64,000 bases of DNA from positions 30,645-94,644 of the forward strand of contig JAJSLL010000002.1 in the NCBI GenBank assembly GCA_026127935.1, given 5' to 3'. Under the pieces are notes generated by a model. The model did no database searches. It saw only the letters and a program-made list of their open reading frames with translations, and was not told where the DNA came from. How positions within the stretch are numbered: position 1 is the stretch's first letter; the number at the start of each line of letters is the position of its first letter. Below are positions 19,379-27,651 of this stretch, piece after piece. Both the position numbers and the translations under genes were made by a program. The DNA is from Thermoplasmatales archaeon. GTDB taxonomy: Archaea > Thermoplasmatota > Thermoplasmata > Thermoplasmatales > GCA-001856825.

Positions 19379-19926
19379 CTACCTGTTCAGTGCTTTGACG
19401 ACTTCATAACCAGAGACTACCGGAAATTTAGTCAGTTCCACGGCCATTTTCACTGGTATGGGTTGACCATGTTTCCTAAATCTCTCTATATATATACTGC
19501 TATTGCATTCTTTATGTACTCGATTGTCCCATCTAACACTAATTATTTGATCGACAAATTCTGGACCTCTAGATGGTTCATACCTTACATTGTAGAGCTC
19601 TGGCGCGAATTCGTAGAAATCGTATATCTGCTTTAGCTTCAAGAGGAAACTAGTCGAAATGAGTCGTAGGTCTGGAAATGGGGCGCCATTACTACAATTG
19701 CATCAATCTCACCAACAAGGAATTCGCCGGAGGACTTCACGGCAGCCACGGTTTCTGAGTGGTCATTACCCAAGTTTCCTATGAGTGTAGGAGAGTTTGG
19801 TACGAAGGCCACAGGCTTTATTAGGCCAAAAAATCTGTTTATGCTATTAGTACATTTTGCCGTGAAATTTCTTGCGACCCTTTTGCTAAAAGGAGTAATT
19901 CTGTAGGTAGAGACAATGAGGCTCAT
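19379..19926 (-). pseudogene. Class III extradiol ring-cleavage dioxygenase (LigB / 4,5-DOPA-dioxygenase-like), frameshifted and truncated
   Basis: Two abutting ORFs: '..IDAIVVMAPHFQTYD' and 'YDFYEFAPELYNVRYEPSRGPEFVDQI' (the DFxGFPxxxYxxxYxxxGxPxLA block). The total of ~180 aa compares with ~260 expected. Confidence 0.55.
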
Positions 19927-19997
19927 TTAATCTTGCTCCTCCCGTCTGAGCTCATTGACCGGGATCTTGCAGGCGAGTCATTTTGTTAATCAAGGTC

Positions 19998-21338
19998 TCA
20001 TCCATCATTCCTGGATATTATACTCTGAACGCGGCGAATCATTTCCCTCCTTGGTTTACTCCAAGAATAAACTAACTTCGTCCTTTTCGTCTTCGCATAC
20101 GAGATTTCTTTGCTAACAACTGATCTATATTCCATAGGTTCATGATAATCAAGGGGAATACCCTTCCTTATCTTCTCCCCGACTATCGCGTACGATTCCT
20201 TCCAAGATTTTCCAGATTGAAAGATTGAGAATGCTTCTGCAGTAGAATTTACAGAATTTTCCATTAACTCCATAGCCTTCTTCTCGTCTAGCTTGAATTC
20301 CAGAATGAAGTCTTGATAGTGATTAAGAATTTTTTCTACTAGGATTACATATTTTATGGTTCTATCCTTTGATATTTGGAATTCTCTGTGATAACCAGAT
20401 TGTCTATTCAACAAGATCGTGGCAGTTGAAACCAGATGTCCAATAGCTTCAGATGCATAACCTTGAACCATTTCAAGGAAGTCTGGGTTTCTCTTGTTTG
20501 GCATTAGTGAACTACCCGTAGAAAATCCGGGAGGTAGTATTATGAATGACTCTTTGTCGCCACTAAAACCTATAAAATCCTGTGATATTCTTGATAGAAA
20601 AAGCATTATTTTAATTAGGAACGCTAACACATTAAGATCGTCAAATCCACGGTAAAAGCTTTCAGCCATCGGATTTTGTGGATATGATTTGAAACCCAAA
20701 TTCTTAGCCACAATATTAAAATTTATAGGAGAAAGTGAACCAAAGCCAGACCCATAGCCGAATGGAGAAGTAACTGTAAATTTTTCACACATCTCAAGTG
20801 CATCAAGTGACGTATCTAGGGATACCCTGGATAAATAGTCGAAATAGGTAGAAATTGTTACTGGCATTGCTTGCCGATTGTGTGTATAACCTGGCATTAC
20901 TCCTTTGAAATTTCCCCTTTTGGCATTCATTCGCTCTGAGATTGAGATAAGATACTTTGAAATCTTGAGAAGATGATCGATGTAGAAGGACTTTATATTT
21001 GTGTGGCTCTGCTCATTTCTTGAAAGGAAGATGCGAAGATTCTTGTAAGCATTACCACCTTTTTCCTTCAGGTATTCCTCTACAAACCCGTGCACATCCT
21101 CAAGACGTGGATCTATCTTGATCTTCTTGCCTAGCAAACTAAATAGTCCAGTTAATATCGCATCACTATCCTCTAAGGAAATTTTGGATTCATTTCTAAG
21201 CTGCAAATGGTAGACAAGGAGAGAAATTACTTCGTAGTCAAGAAGCATAGAATCAATTTGTGCGTCATCATCTGTCATTATGTCTGAGAGATCTCTTTGC
21301 CCCTCATCTGAAGCCCCGCCACTCCATATTTTTACCAT
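19998..21338 (-). CDS. argH: Argininosuccinate lyase (divergent)
   Basis: 446 aa with the fumarate-lyase signature 'GSSLMPNKRNPD' and 'MPGYTHNRQAMP'. Lies 4 nt downstream of argG. Confidence 0.85.
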   Translation of the reverse strand: MVKIWSGGASDEGQRDLSDIMTDDDAQIDSMLLDYEVISLLVYHLQLRNESKISLEDSDAILTGLFSLLGKKIKIDPRLEDVHGFVEEYLKEKGGNAYKNLRIFLSRNEQSHTNIKSFYIDHLLKISKYLISISERMNAKRGNFKGVMPGYTHNRQAMPVTISTYFDYLSRVSLDTSLDALEMCEKFTVTSPFGYGSGFGSLSPINFNIVAKNLGFKSYPQNPMAESFYRGFDDLNVLAFLIKIMLFLSRISQDFIGFSGDKESFIILPPGFSTGSSLMPNKRNPDFLEMVQGYASEAIGHLVSTATILLNRQSGYHREFQISKDRTIKYVILVEKILNHYQDFILEFKLDEKKAMELMENSVNSTAEAFSIFQSGKSWKESYAIVGEKIRKGIPLDYHEPMEYRSVVSKEISYAKTKRTKLVYSWSKPRREMIRRVQSIISRNDG

Positions 21339-21342
21339 GGAG

Positions 21343-22560
21343 TCACTCTTTAATGATCATTTCTTCTAAATGTTTCTTTCTCACTTTTCTCGTAGCAATT
21401 GTTTGGCTTCCGAATATGTATATGAAACCTGGGGCTTTGCTCTGATCAAAGGTCTGGTTTTTGCCATATGTAGACACAGACATATCATAAAGAGAATTTG
21501 TGCTTTCTACTCCAACAGGTATAATATTTCCCTTATACAGCTTGAGTTTTACCCTCCCATTTACAGCGGCATTAATACTCTGCTGGAATACCTTTATGTG
21601 ATCCATTAAGGGATCAAACCAAAGTCCACTGTAAACCATTTCAGCAAACTGTTGATCCATGAACTTCTTAAGTTGGCTTTCTCTTTTGCTCAGTACTAAG
21701 GATTCTAGATATCTATGGCCGGTTATAATTGTGACAGCTGCAGGACATTCATAGAATTCGTGACTCTTTATGCCTACAACTCTGTCCTCTATCATATCAA
21801 TCGCTCCTATACCGCTTTGGCCAGCTACATAATTCAATTCTGCAATCAAATCCTTGAGTGGCATTTGCTTTCCATTAAGTTCAACAGGTAGTCCACCCCT
21901 ATAAGTAATTGATAGACCTACCGGCTTATCGACTGATTTCTCAACAGGTAGGACCCACTTATACGCATCTTCTGGAACTCCTTCGTTTATGAACTCAATG
22001 TCTGATCCTTCAACTGACCTCCCCCACAAGTTCTCGTCGACTGAGTATTTCCCCCCATTGGGTACTTCTATATTCTTCAATTTGGCATACTCTATTTCCT
22101 CGTCCCTGTTCATGTTCATTTCTCTCACGGGTGCGATTATAGTAAGATCCTCATTCAGTGCCTTTATAGAAACTTCAAATCTGACCTGGTCGTTTCCCTT
22201 TCCCGTTGAACCATGCGCGATAATATTGCAATCGTTCTGTTCCGCAAATTTCACCGCTTCCATAGACATTAGAGGTCTAGCTAGACTTGTAGAAAGAGGG
22301 TATTTATCAAGATAAAGCCCATCGTTCAGTATCCCCTGTGCTACGAACTCTTCAGAAAACTTATCCTTAACGTCTTCCGTAATTGTCTTTATCGCTCCGA
22401 GTTTCTTTGCCTTCGCTGCTATGCGTTGGAGGTCATTTTTCTCCTGACCAACATCAAGAGTCAAAGTCAGCACATCAAAATTCTGCTGCTCCTGCAACCA
22501 TTTTATCATCACGGATGTGTCTAAACCCCCCGAATACAGCAGAAGTACTTTTTCCTTCAT
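21343..22560 (-). CDS. argG: Argininosuccinate synthase
   Basis: 'LLYSGGLDTSV', 'IAHGSTGKGNDQVRFE', 'YSVDENLWGRS'. Confidence 0.95.
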   Translation of the reverse strand: MKEKVLLLYSGGLDTSVMIKWLQEQQNFDVLTLTLDVGQEKNDLQRIAAKAKKLGAIKTITEDVKDKFSEEFVAQGILNDGLYLDKYPLSTSLARPLMSMEAVKFAEQNDCNIIAHGSTGKGNDQVRFEVSIKALNEDLTIIAPVREMNMNRDEEIEYAKLKNIEVPNGGKYSVDENLWGRSVEGSDIEFINEGVPEDAYKWVLPVEKSVDKPVGLSITYRGGLPVELNGKQMPLKDLIAELNYVAGQSGIGAIDMIEDRVVGIKSHEFYECPAAVTIITGHRYLESLVLSKRESQLKKFMDQQFAEMVYSGLWFDPLMDHIKVFQQSINAAVNGRVKLKLYKGNIIPVGVESTNSLYDMSVSTYGKNQTFDQSKAPGFIYIFGSQTIATRKVRKKHLEEMIIKE

Positions 22561-22646
22561 ATACCACGATTTACCATTAATATATTAGATTAGTTAAAAA
22601 ATTCGGTATTTTAGATATTCTTATTATCAATTTGGAGTACAAAATG

Positions 22647-22656
22647 TTAAAATATA
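22647..22656 (+). promoter_or_regulatory. TATA-like box for the ACT-domain gene
   Basis: 'TTAAAATATA' ends 19 nt before the ATG at 22675. Confidence 0.3.
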
Positions 22657-22674
22657 CACGGAGTATGTATTTTT

Positions 22675-23271
22675 ATGAAAGATTTCGAAGAGACCAAGTA
22701 TACTGTTGAAAACAAGGTTGCTCGGTTCCTCAGAGAAAACCCAGATTATATGCTTTCAATGAAAGTTGGGATAATTAACGTTAGTAAATTAGCACAGCTT
22801 ATATTAAAAGAAAACGAAGATCTGAATCCAATATCTGTAAGAGCTGCGCTAAATAGGTTCAAGGGTAGGTTGGACGAAGAAACCGGGAAAACCAAGGCAG
22901 ACGATCTTCTAAAGAAAAGTAGAATTTCTTTGCAAGACAGGATTTGCGTAGTCACATCGAAAACTCCCCAAAATATGAAATATATATCCGCAACCCACCT
23001 TCATGACAGCATCGTCTATATTGTAGACGAAATTGAAAGCAAAATACCACCCACCACAGTGAATATCATGGTCGACAGAGATGTTAGTTTGATTCACATA
23101 TTCTCTTCAAAGGAAATAGAGAAGACACCGGGATTTGTAATGCGTATAACTCATAAACTCTACGCAAGAGGTATCAATATCCTTCAACTTATCTCATGTT
23201 CCAACGAAACGATACTTATATTGAACAAGAAAGATTCCACTCTCGCTTACGAAATTTTGACATCGGAATAA
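22675..23271 (+). CDS. ACT-domain protein with an N-terminal HTH-like region (putative amino-acid-responsive regulator)
   Basis: 198 aa. C-terminal ACT: 'VSLIHIFSSKEIEKTPGFVMRITHKLYARGINILQLISCSNETILIL'. Divergent from argG. Confidence 0.55.
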   Translation: MKDFEETKYTVENKVARFLRENPDYMLSMKVGIINVSKLAQLILKENEDLNPISVRAALNRFKGRLDEETGKTKADDLLKKSRISLQDRICVVTSKTPQNMKYISATHLHDSIVYIVDEIESKIPPTTVNIMVDRDVSLIHIFSSKEIEKTPGFVMRITHKLYARGINILQLISCSNETILILNKKDSTLAYEILTSE

Positions 23272-24094
23272 CCATGCCACCTTTTCCAAAGTAAATTATG
23301 GATTTAATTGAGCTTGAATTGTTTTGGCGGCTTCGGAGTTTTTTGAGGAGGACTTAATTATAGTATTTGTATAGCTGAAATCCAGACATGTATATACTGA
23401 ATTGTATTTCAGAATATGATGAGTCTTCTGTCTGGCATAATATTTGGAATCAGGTTGGAGGGCTTCTCTCCCTTTGATCGAACAAGATTCAACAAGAAGG
23501 TCCTTGGATATACAGATAAATCCCAGATCGGTAAATACTCATATTCATGATCCGGCTTCATGTCGGATGTACCGCACGTTCATCTCTCTAATTCCATCTT
23601 CATCATACTGGAAGAGAACCTTGACAGGGTGAAGGGTTTCTGCGAAACGTTCATGGTAGATCTGTCTTTGAGAAAGGTCATTCTCACAGCATCAGACCTG
23701 GAGGTTCTGCTATGAACAGCGATGAGTATATCATGCACTTGGAAAGCACTGTTGCCCAACTCACAGCGGAGACATTATCATTAAGGACTGAGAACGAAGA
23801 TCTGAAGAGGCGTCTCATTCTCTATGAGAATCCTCATACACCGCAGTCAAAACAGATGTTCAGACCCTGAGACGACAATACCCATGGGAAAGAGTGGTGC
23901 ACCATCTGGTCACAAGGGTGTAACTCGTATTCTTGACAAGCCTGATGAGATTATTCACCTGTCAATCGAGAAGAAGATAATATCCGCATCCCTCCGCCAC
24001 AGAAGATAAGGGTAACCGAATACGATCTTGAAGTCTATAGAGACAGCAACTGCGGGATGTGTGTGAAATCAAAGCACATGGACTGCCCTCAGGG

Positions 24095-24294
24095 AAGGAA
24101 AATGGGCATATACCTTCTCAATTACATCACAATGCTGAAATACAATCTTCGTTTGAAAAATGGTAAATGTGAAGAATTGAATGGGACGGTTTCGCTTAAT
24201 CTATTAATCGAATCTATTTCGGATTCATCATATCGTGCTTTGTCAGCGTGGAAAATACAGGTCCGAAAAGTCACAATAGCCCCGGGCAGATTCG
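24095..24294. repeat. Direct repeat copy 1 (homologous to 31040-31244); its last 18 nt equal the 3' end of tRNA-Gln
   Basis: ~80% identity over about 150-200 bp. 24273-24294 'ACAATAGCCCCGGGCAGATTCG' is identical to 31223-31244. Confidence 0.85.
24191..24212. repeat. 22-nt palindromic motif (degenerate copy)
   Basis: 'TTCGCTTAA-TCTA-TTAATCGAA'. Confidence 0.6.
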
Positions 24295-25290
24295 CTTAAT
24301 TATTTAAGCGAAGCCTATAAGCAAACCTCTCATTTCTTTATGCGTCGCAACAAGTTTTCTTATCAAATAGTTTCCAATATTTCTTTTGGCAAATAAATAA
24401 AGAAGAGTGCTGCTATCTTCTCCTCAAGCGTCATAGCGCCACGAATCAATTGTAACAGATTCCTGGTACAGAAAACTTAGGTCTGCTAAACACAAACGGA
24501 GCCATGTACAAGTATGGAATAGATGAATAAGAAAGTAAAGTAAGCTGCAAGGATTGCAGTAAAGGAGTACTTTGAAATTTAATGAGAACAGAAACGAATG
24601 TATTTCTTGAGTAACATAGCGGTCTGAGGAATGGATTCTATGAGAGGAGCATAAAGATCAAGCTGGGAGAGACAGACAGTATTAACGTGCCACGAGACAG
24701 AGAAGTTTTGTTCAAGACTGGAGTATTCAAGCTTTATAGCAGGTCCGTTGGAGAAGACTAGCTAGTAATATCCCTCTACTCTAAGGGGATATCCACAAGA
24801 AAAGGTTCTGAAATACTTAAAACAATATTCTAGAACAGACACTCAACGTTATCCATAACACGCATCACTGATGCCACAATGGAGGAGGTGAAGAGATTCC
24901 AGTTAAGGCCTCTTAATTATAGATACATGGCCTCATTTTTGGATGCATTGCCCTTCTTTCTTAGAAGGGATGCAGTTGAAAAGGAGCCAGTGATGTTTGG
25001 AATGTTAGTTGAGGAAACGGAGGAATGCGAGGTGCTGGGATTCTATATAGCCTCAAAGGAATCGCACAACTCATACGTGGATGTGATCAACGACCTCTAT
25101 GAAAGGGGAGTGAGCGATTTCATTTATAGCTGATGGAATACTAAAACTTAAGGGGAAATAAGGGAGATATTCCCAGTGGCGGACTTGCAGTTGTGTACCA
25201 TCCACGCATCAAGAAACTTCTAAACAGAAGCGAGCAAGCCTGCACCCCAACCATGCGCGGCTACGGGGAAGTCGGATTATCGAGGGATGA
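24286..25290 (+). mobile_element. IS256/Mutator-family transposase pseudogene (multiple stops and frameshifts, 3' part missing)
   Basis: Blocks are found across three frames: 'RNGFYERSIKIKLGETDSINVPRDREVLFKTGVFKLYSRS', 'SLYSKGISTRKGSEILKTIF*', 'RPLNYRYMASFLDALPFFLRRD..VLGFYIASKESHNSYVDVINDLYERGVSD' and 'IREIFPVADLQLCTIHASRNF*'. Confidence 0.75.
24291..24312. repeat. 22-nt palindromic motif (perfect 9-4-9)
   Basis: 'TTCGCTTAA-TTAT-TTAAGCGAA' followed by GCC, exactly 100 bp from the copy at 24191. Confidence 0.8.
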
Positions 25291-25294
25291 AGTA

Positions 25295-25972
25295 TTACGT
25301 CCTCTGGGCACCGAGATTTTTTTCGAGTTCACCCCTCAGGAGGATAAGAAAAACTCCCGTGATTATCAAGCCAAATATTATCCCCATTACCCCCCACATT
25401 ATGGTGTCTTCCCGGTAAGCCTCCTGATACCGTCTCTGCTTCACCATATTATAAATTTTCCACGTCTTCAGGAATACGAATATCCCTATCACCATTACTA
25501 CAAGATATATGAAAATGGCAACATAGGCGCCTGCAATGGCTCCGGAATAAAGGTAAGAATAGGAAGGCCCCAGGGAAGCAGCATACGCGCTTAGGGAAAG
25601 GAGTGAAATTACGGAATAGATCGTTTCAATAAAGAAAACAAGCACAGATATGCCGGAGAATATTAGCGCCATCAGTATAGTATTGTCCACAGAAAGAAAT
25701 TCAGAGAACTGCTGTCTCGGAATTGAGCCGTAGGGAGGCGGATAATTCCCCTGAGGAGGATTGGACTGCGGAGGATTCTGACCCGATTGCATTCCTGGCT
25801 GCTGAATGTTATTAGGGGACTGCGGGGGTGTCTGAACCTGCTGATACGTGCCTGTTGGAACACTCTGCTGCTGCCGAGGTGGAACGCTCTCCATAGGCAG
25901 CGGGCTTCCACACTGTTTACAGAAAACAGCATCATCTTCGTTGGGTGCTCCGCACTTCGTGCAGTATTTCAT
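25295..25972 (-). CDS. Zinc-ribbon membrane protein (N-terminal zinc ribbon, P/Q-rich linker, 4 TM)
   Basis: 'CTKCGAPNEDDAVFCKQCGSP', then a ~60-aa Pro/Gln-rich low-complexity stretch, then four hydrophobic helices. Confidence 0.7.
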   Translation of the reverse strand: MKYCTKCGAPNEDDAVFCKQCGSPLPMESVPPRQQQSVPTGTYQQVQTPPQSPNNIQQPGMQSGQNPPQSNPPQGNYPPPYGSIPRQQFSEFLSVDNTILMALIFSGISVLVFFIETIYSVISLLSLSAYAASLGPSYSYLYSGAIAGAYVAIFIYLVVMVIGIFVFLKTWKIYNMVKQRRYQEAYREDTIMWGVMGIIFGLIITGVFLILLRGELEKNLGAQRT

Positions 25973-26262
25973 TGTCTTACTCTCCCTGAATGACCAAAAA
26001 TAGTATTTGGGTTCAGCTATTTAACTTTTATACGTGATTCCGACTATTATGGCAAAACTGACCTTTTTCACCGAGCCTGAAGAAACAAGAAATATTCACC
26101 CATCTAAAAACATCATTCACACTCCAATCAAAAGCACTAAGTCTCATGTTAAAGAATGAAACCTCACAGAAGCATGGACTATTAGAAAGTAGAAGGCTAA
26201 GTTTTCAATGTTCGAACTACTGTTAGCACGCCGAAATTATTGTCATCACAGCATTGTCCCTC

Positions 26263-27651
26263 TCATCTCAGGCTTCTTATGATCGTATTGACATTGTTGT
26301 TCAGATAACTGACTTCCTCATGCTTCAGGGTCGTTCCTCCCGGCGAACCCCGTCCCATAAAGCCGAACAGTACGAGACTTCCGGAAGCATCAGTCCCATT
26401 GGGCCTTACCTGGTCAGCGACGTCAATTTCAATTTTGCCTGGACGCCAAAAAGTCGAGGGGAATGCGTTTATTTTTCTGATACTTCTAAGCTCTACCGAG
26501 AATGAGCCCGGATTGCGGAGCGTGTCATTTATCTCGCTTTCATCCACTTTTGTTGTAGTCTTTGAAAGGAGTCCCCACGTAAGCGGGCCTCCGAGCAATG
26601 CCGTAGCAGCGGTACCCCCCCTGCCTCTCGATAAAAACATGAATCTTCTGTCCGTTATAACAACTGAACCAGAATGGGGAGGGATACTTACCCTCTTTCT
26701 GTCTATTGTCGCAAGGTTTGCGCCGGGATGAATAAAGAGAATTGTTTCGTTGCCTCCTCCAGAATCCGAAACAGGAGGAACTGCAGGGGAAGACCAAACT
26801 CCCGGCTGCCCACCCTGTGAATTCGAAAAGTTTTGCTGTTCACTACGGCTTAAAAATTCTGAGCCTGTTCTTGGCTGAAAGGAAGAGGTCGGAGGCTGCT
26901 GGAGGTCTGGTTGAGTACCTTGGAAGACGGGAGGCATACCCACAGAAGCTGCAGGGCTGACATTTGGCGCAGGGAACGCGAGGGTTTTCCTCAAACCAAA
27001 AAAGGTCAGGAAATACGCTATTGCCCAGAGTATTAAGAACAGGGCTACGAATCCATCGAGGTTGTGTGCAACAGATGAGAAAACACCTAAGTTAGAAAAT
27101 GTCACTGGTTGGTAGTAAAGTCCGTTGAGAGTGTTCATCGATGAATAAATTCCCAGTGAAACAACAAGAAACGATATTATGTAAAATACCCACAAAACAA
27201 TCCTCCCTTTCCTGGGGAATACCGAATATACCGCTAGAAATAGGGAGGCGTCTATAATTACGTATACAAAGGATATAAAGAAGAGAAAAGGATCTGTATA
27301 TTTTACGATTGTAGAGTAGGAGATCGATGTTGCGGATGAAATTATTGCGATTAGCGAGTTGTATCTGAGCACACTGGTCAGCCCCACTCCTGTAGCGACA
27401 ATAAATAGAATCATCGAAATTATGCTCATCCTTCTGTGAAGCTTTGAGATTTCCGATGATCCCAGGACCAAGATAACAAGCCCGACGAGTATGAGGAGAC
27501 TCAGGAAATCTCCCACACTTGGAATCGCAGTGAGGATCAGCCCAATGGCAATCAGCAGTATGCCAGTTCGCGTCCTGCTCTTCTTCCTTCCTCCCGGGTA
27601 GCCTCCATAAGGATAAGGCTGATTCCCTTGGCTAAGGCTCATTCCCTTCAC
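26263..27651 (-). CDS. Polytopic membrane protein with a Pro-rich linker and a C-terminal PH/GRAM-like soluble domain
   Basis: 462 aa. The N-terminal ~210 aa hold 6-7 TM segments. A 'PPVFQGTQPDLQQPPTSSFQP' linker follows. The C-terminus 'VVITDRRFMFLSRG...' is PH-like by pattern only. Confidence 0.55.
   Translation of the reverse strand: MKGMSLSQGNQPYPYGGYPGGRKKSRTRTGILLIAIGLILTAIPSVGDFLSLLILVGLVILVLGSSEISKLHRRMSIISMILFIVATGVGLTSVLRYNSLIAIISSATSISYSTIVKYTDPFLFFISFVYVIIDASLFLAVYSVFPRKGRIVLWVFYIISFLVVSLGIYSSMNTLNGLYYQPVTFSNLGVFSSVAHNLDGFVALFLILWAIAYFLTFFGLRKTLAFPAPNVSPAASVGMPPVFQGTQPDLQQPPTSSFQPRTGSEFLSRSEQQNFSNSQGGQPGVWSSPAVPPVSDSGGGNETILFIHPGANLATIDRKRVSIPPHSGSVVITDRRFMFLSRGRGGTAATALLGGPLTWGLLSKTTTKVDESEINDTLRNPGSFSVELRSIRKINAFPSTFWRPGKIEIDVADQVRPNGTDASGSLVLFGFMGRGSPGGTTLKHEEVSYLNNNVNTIIRSLR

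Larger units (their letters stand above)
23329..24299 (+). mobile_element. IS66-family-like element remnant: orfA (in-frame TGA) plus a frameshifted, truncated transposase
   Basis: orfA runs 23416-23715 with a TGA at 23548, and has an ATGA overlap with 'MNSDEYIMHLESTVAQLTAETLSLRTENEDLKRRLILYENPHTPQSK'. The remaining pieces '..GAPSGHKGVTR..' and '..NCGMCVKSKHMDCPQGRKMGIYLLNYITMLKYNLRL..' lie in two other frames. The leucine-zipper, YENPHTP and GHxG pattern is IS66-like. Confidence 0.45.

Noticed and set aside
19998-22560. The idea that argG/argH are cargo of a composite tRNA-Gln island, because they lie between junction-repeat copies at 19.2 and 24.3 kb.
   Set aside because: These are core biosynthetic genes with normal operon structure. 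The 19.2 kb repeat copy is very degenerate. Dispersed IS-end relics explain the pattern without invoking a 18-kb island. The idea is kept only as a low-probability alternative in the findings.
25193-25594. A 133-aa plus-strand ORF overlapping the 3' half of the zinc-ribbon membrane protein gene.
   Set aside because: It is antisense to a better-supported gene. Its first part is just read-through from the IS256-like remnant ('..HASRNF' region) and the rest mirrors TM-coding sequence.
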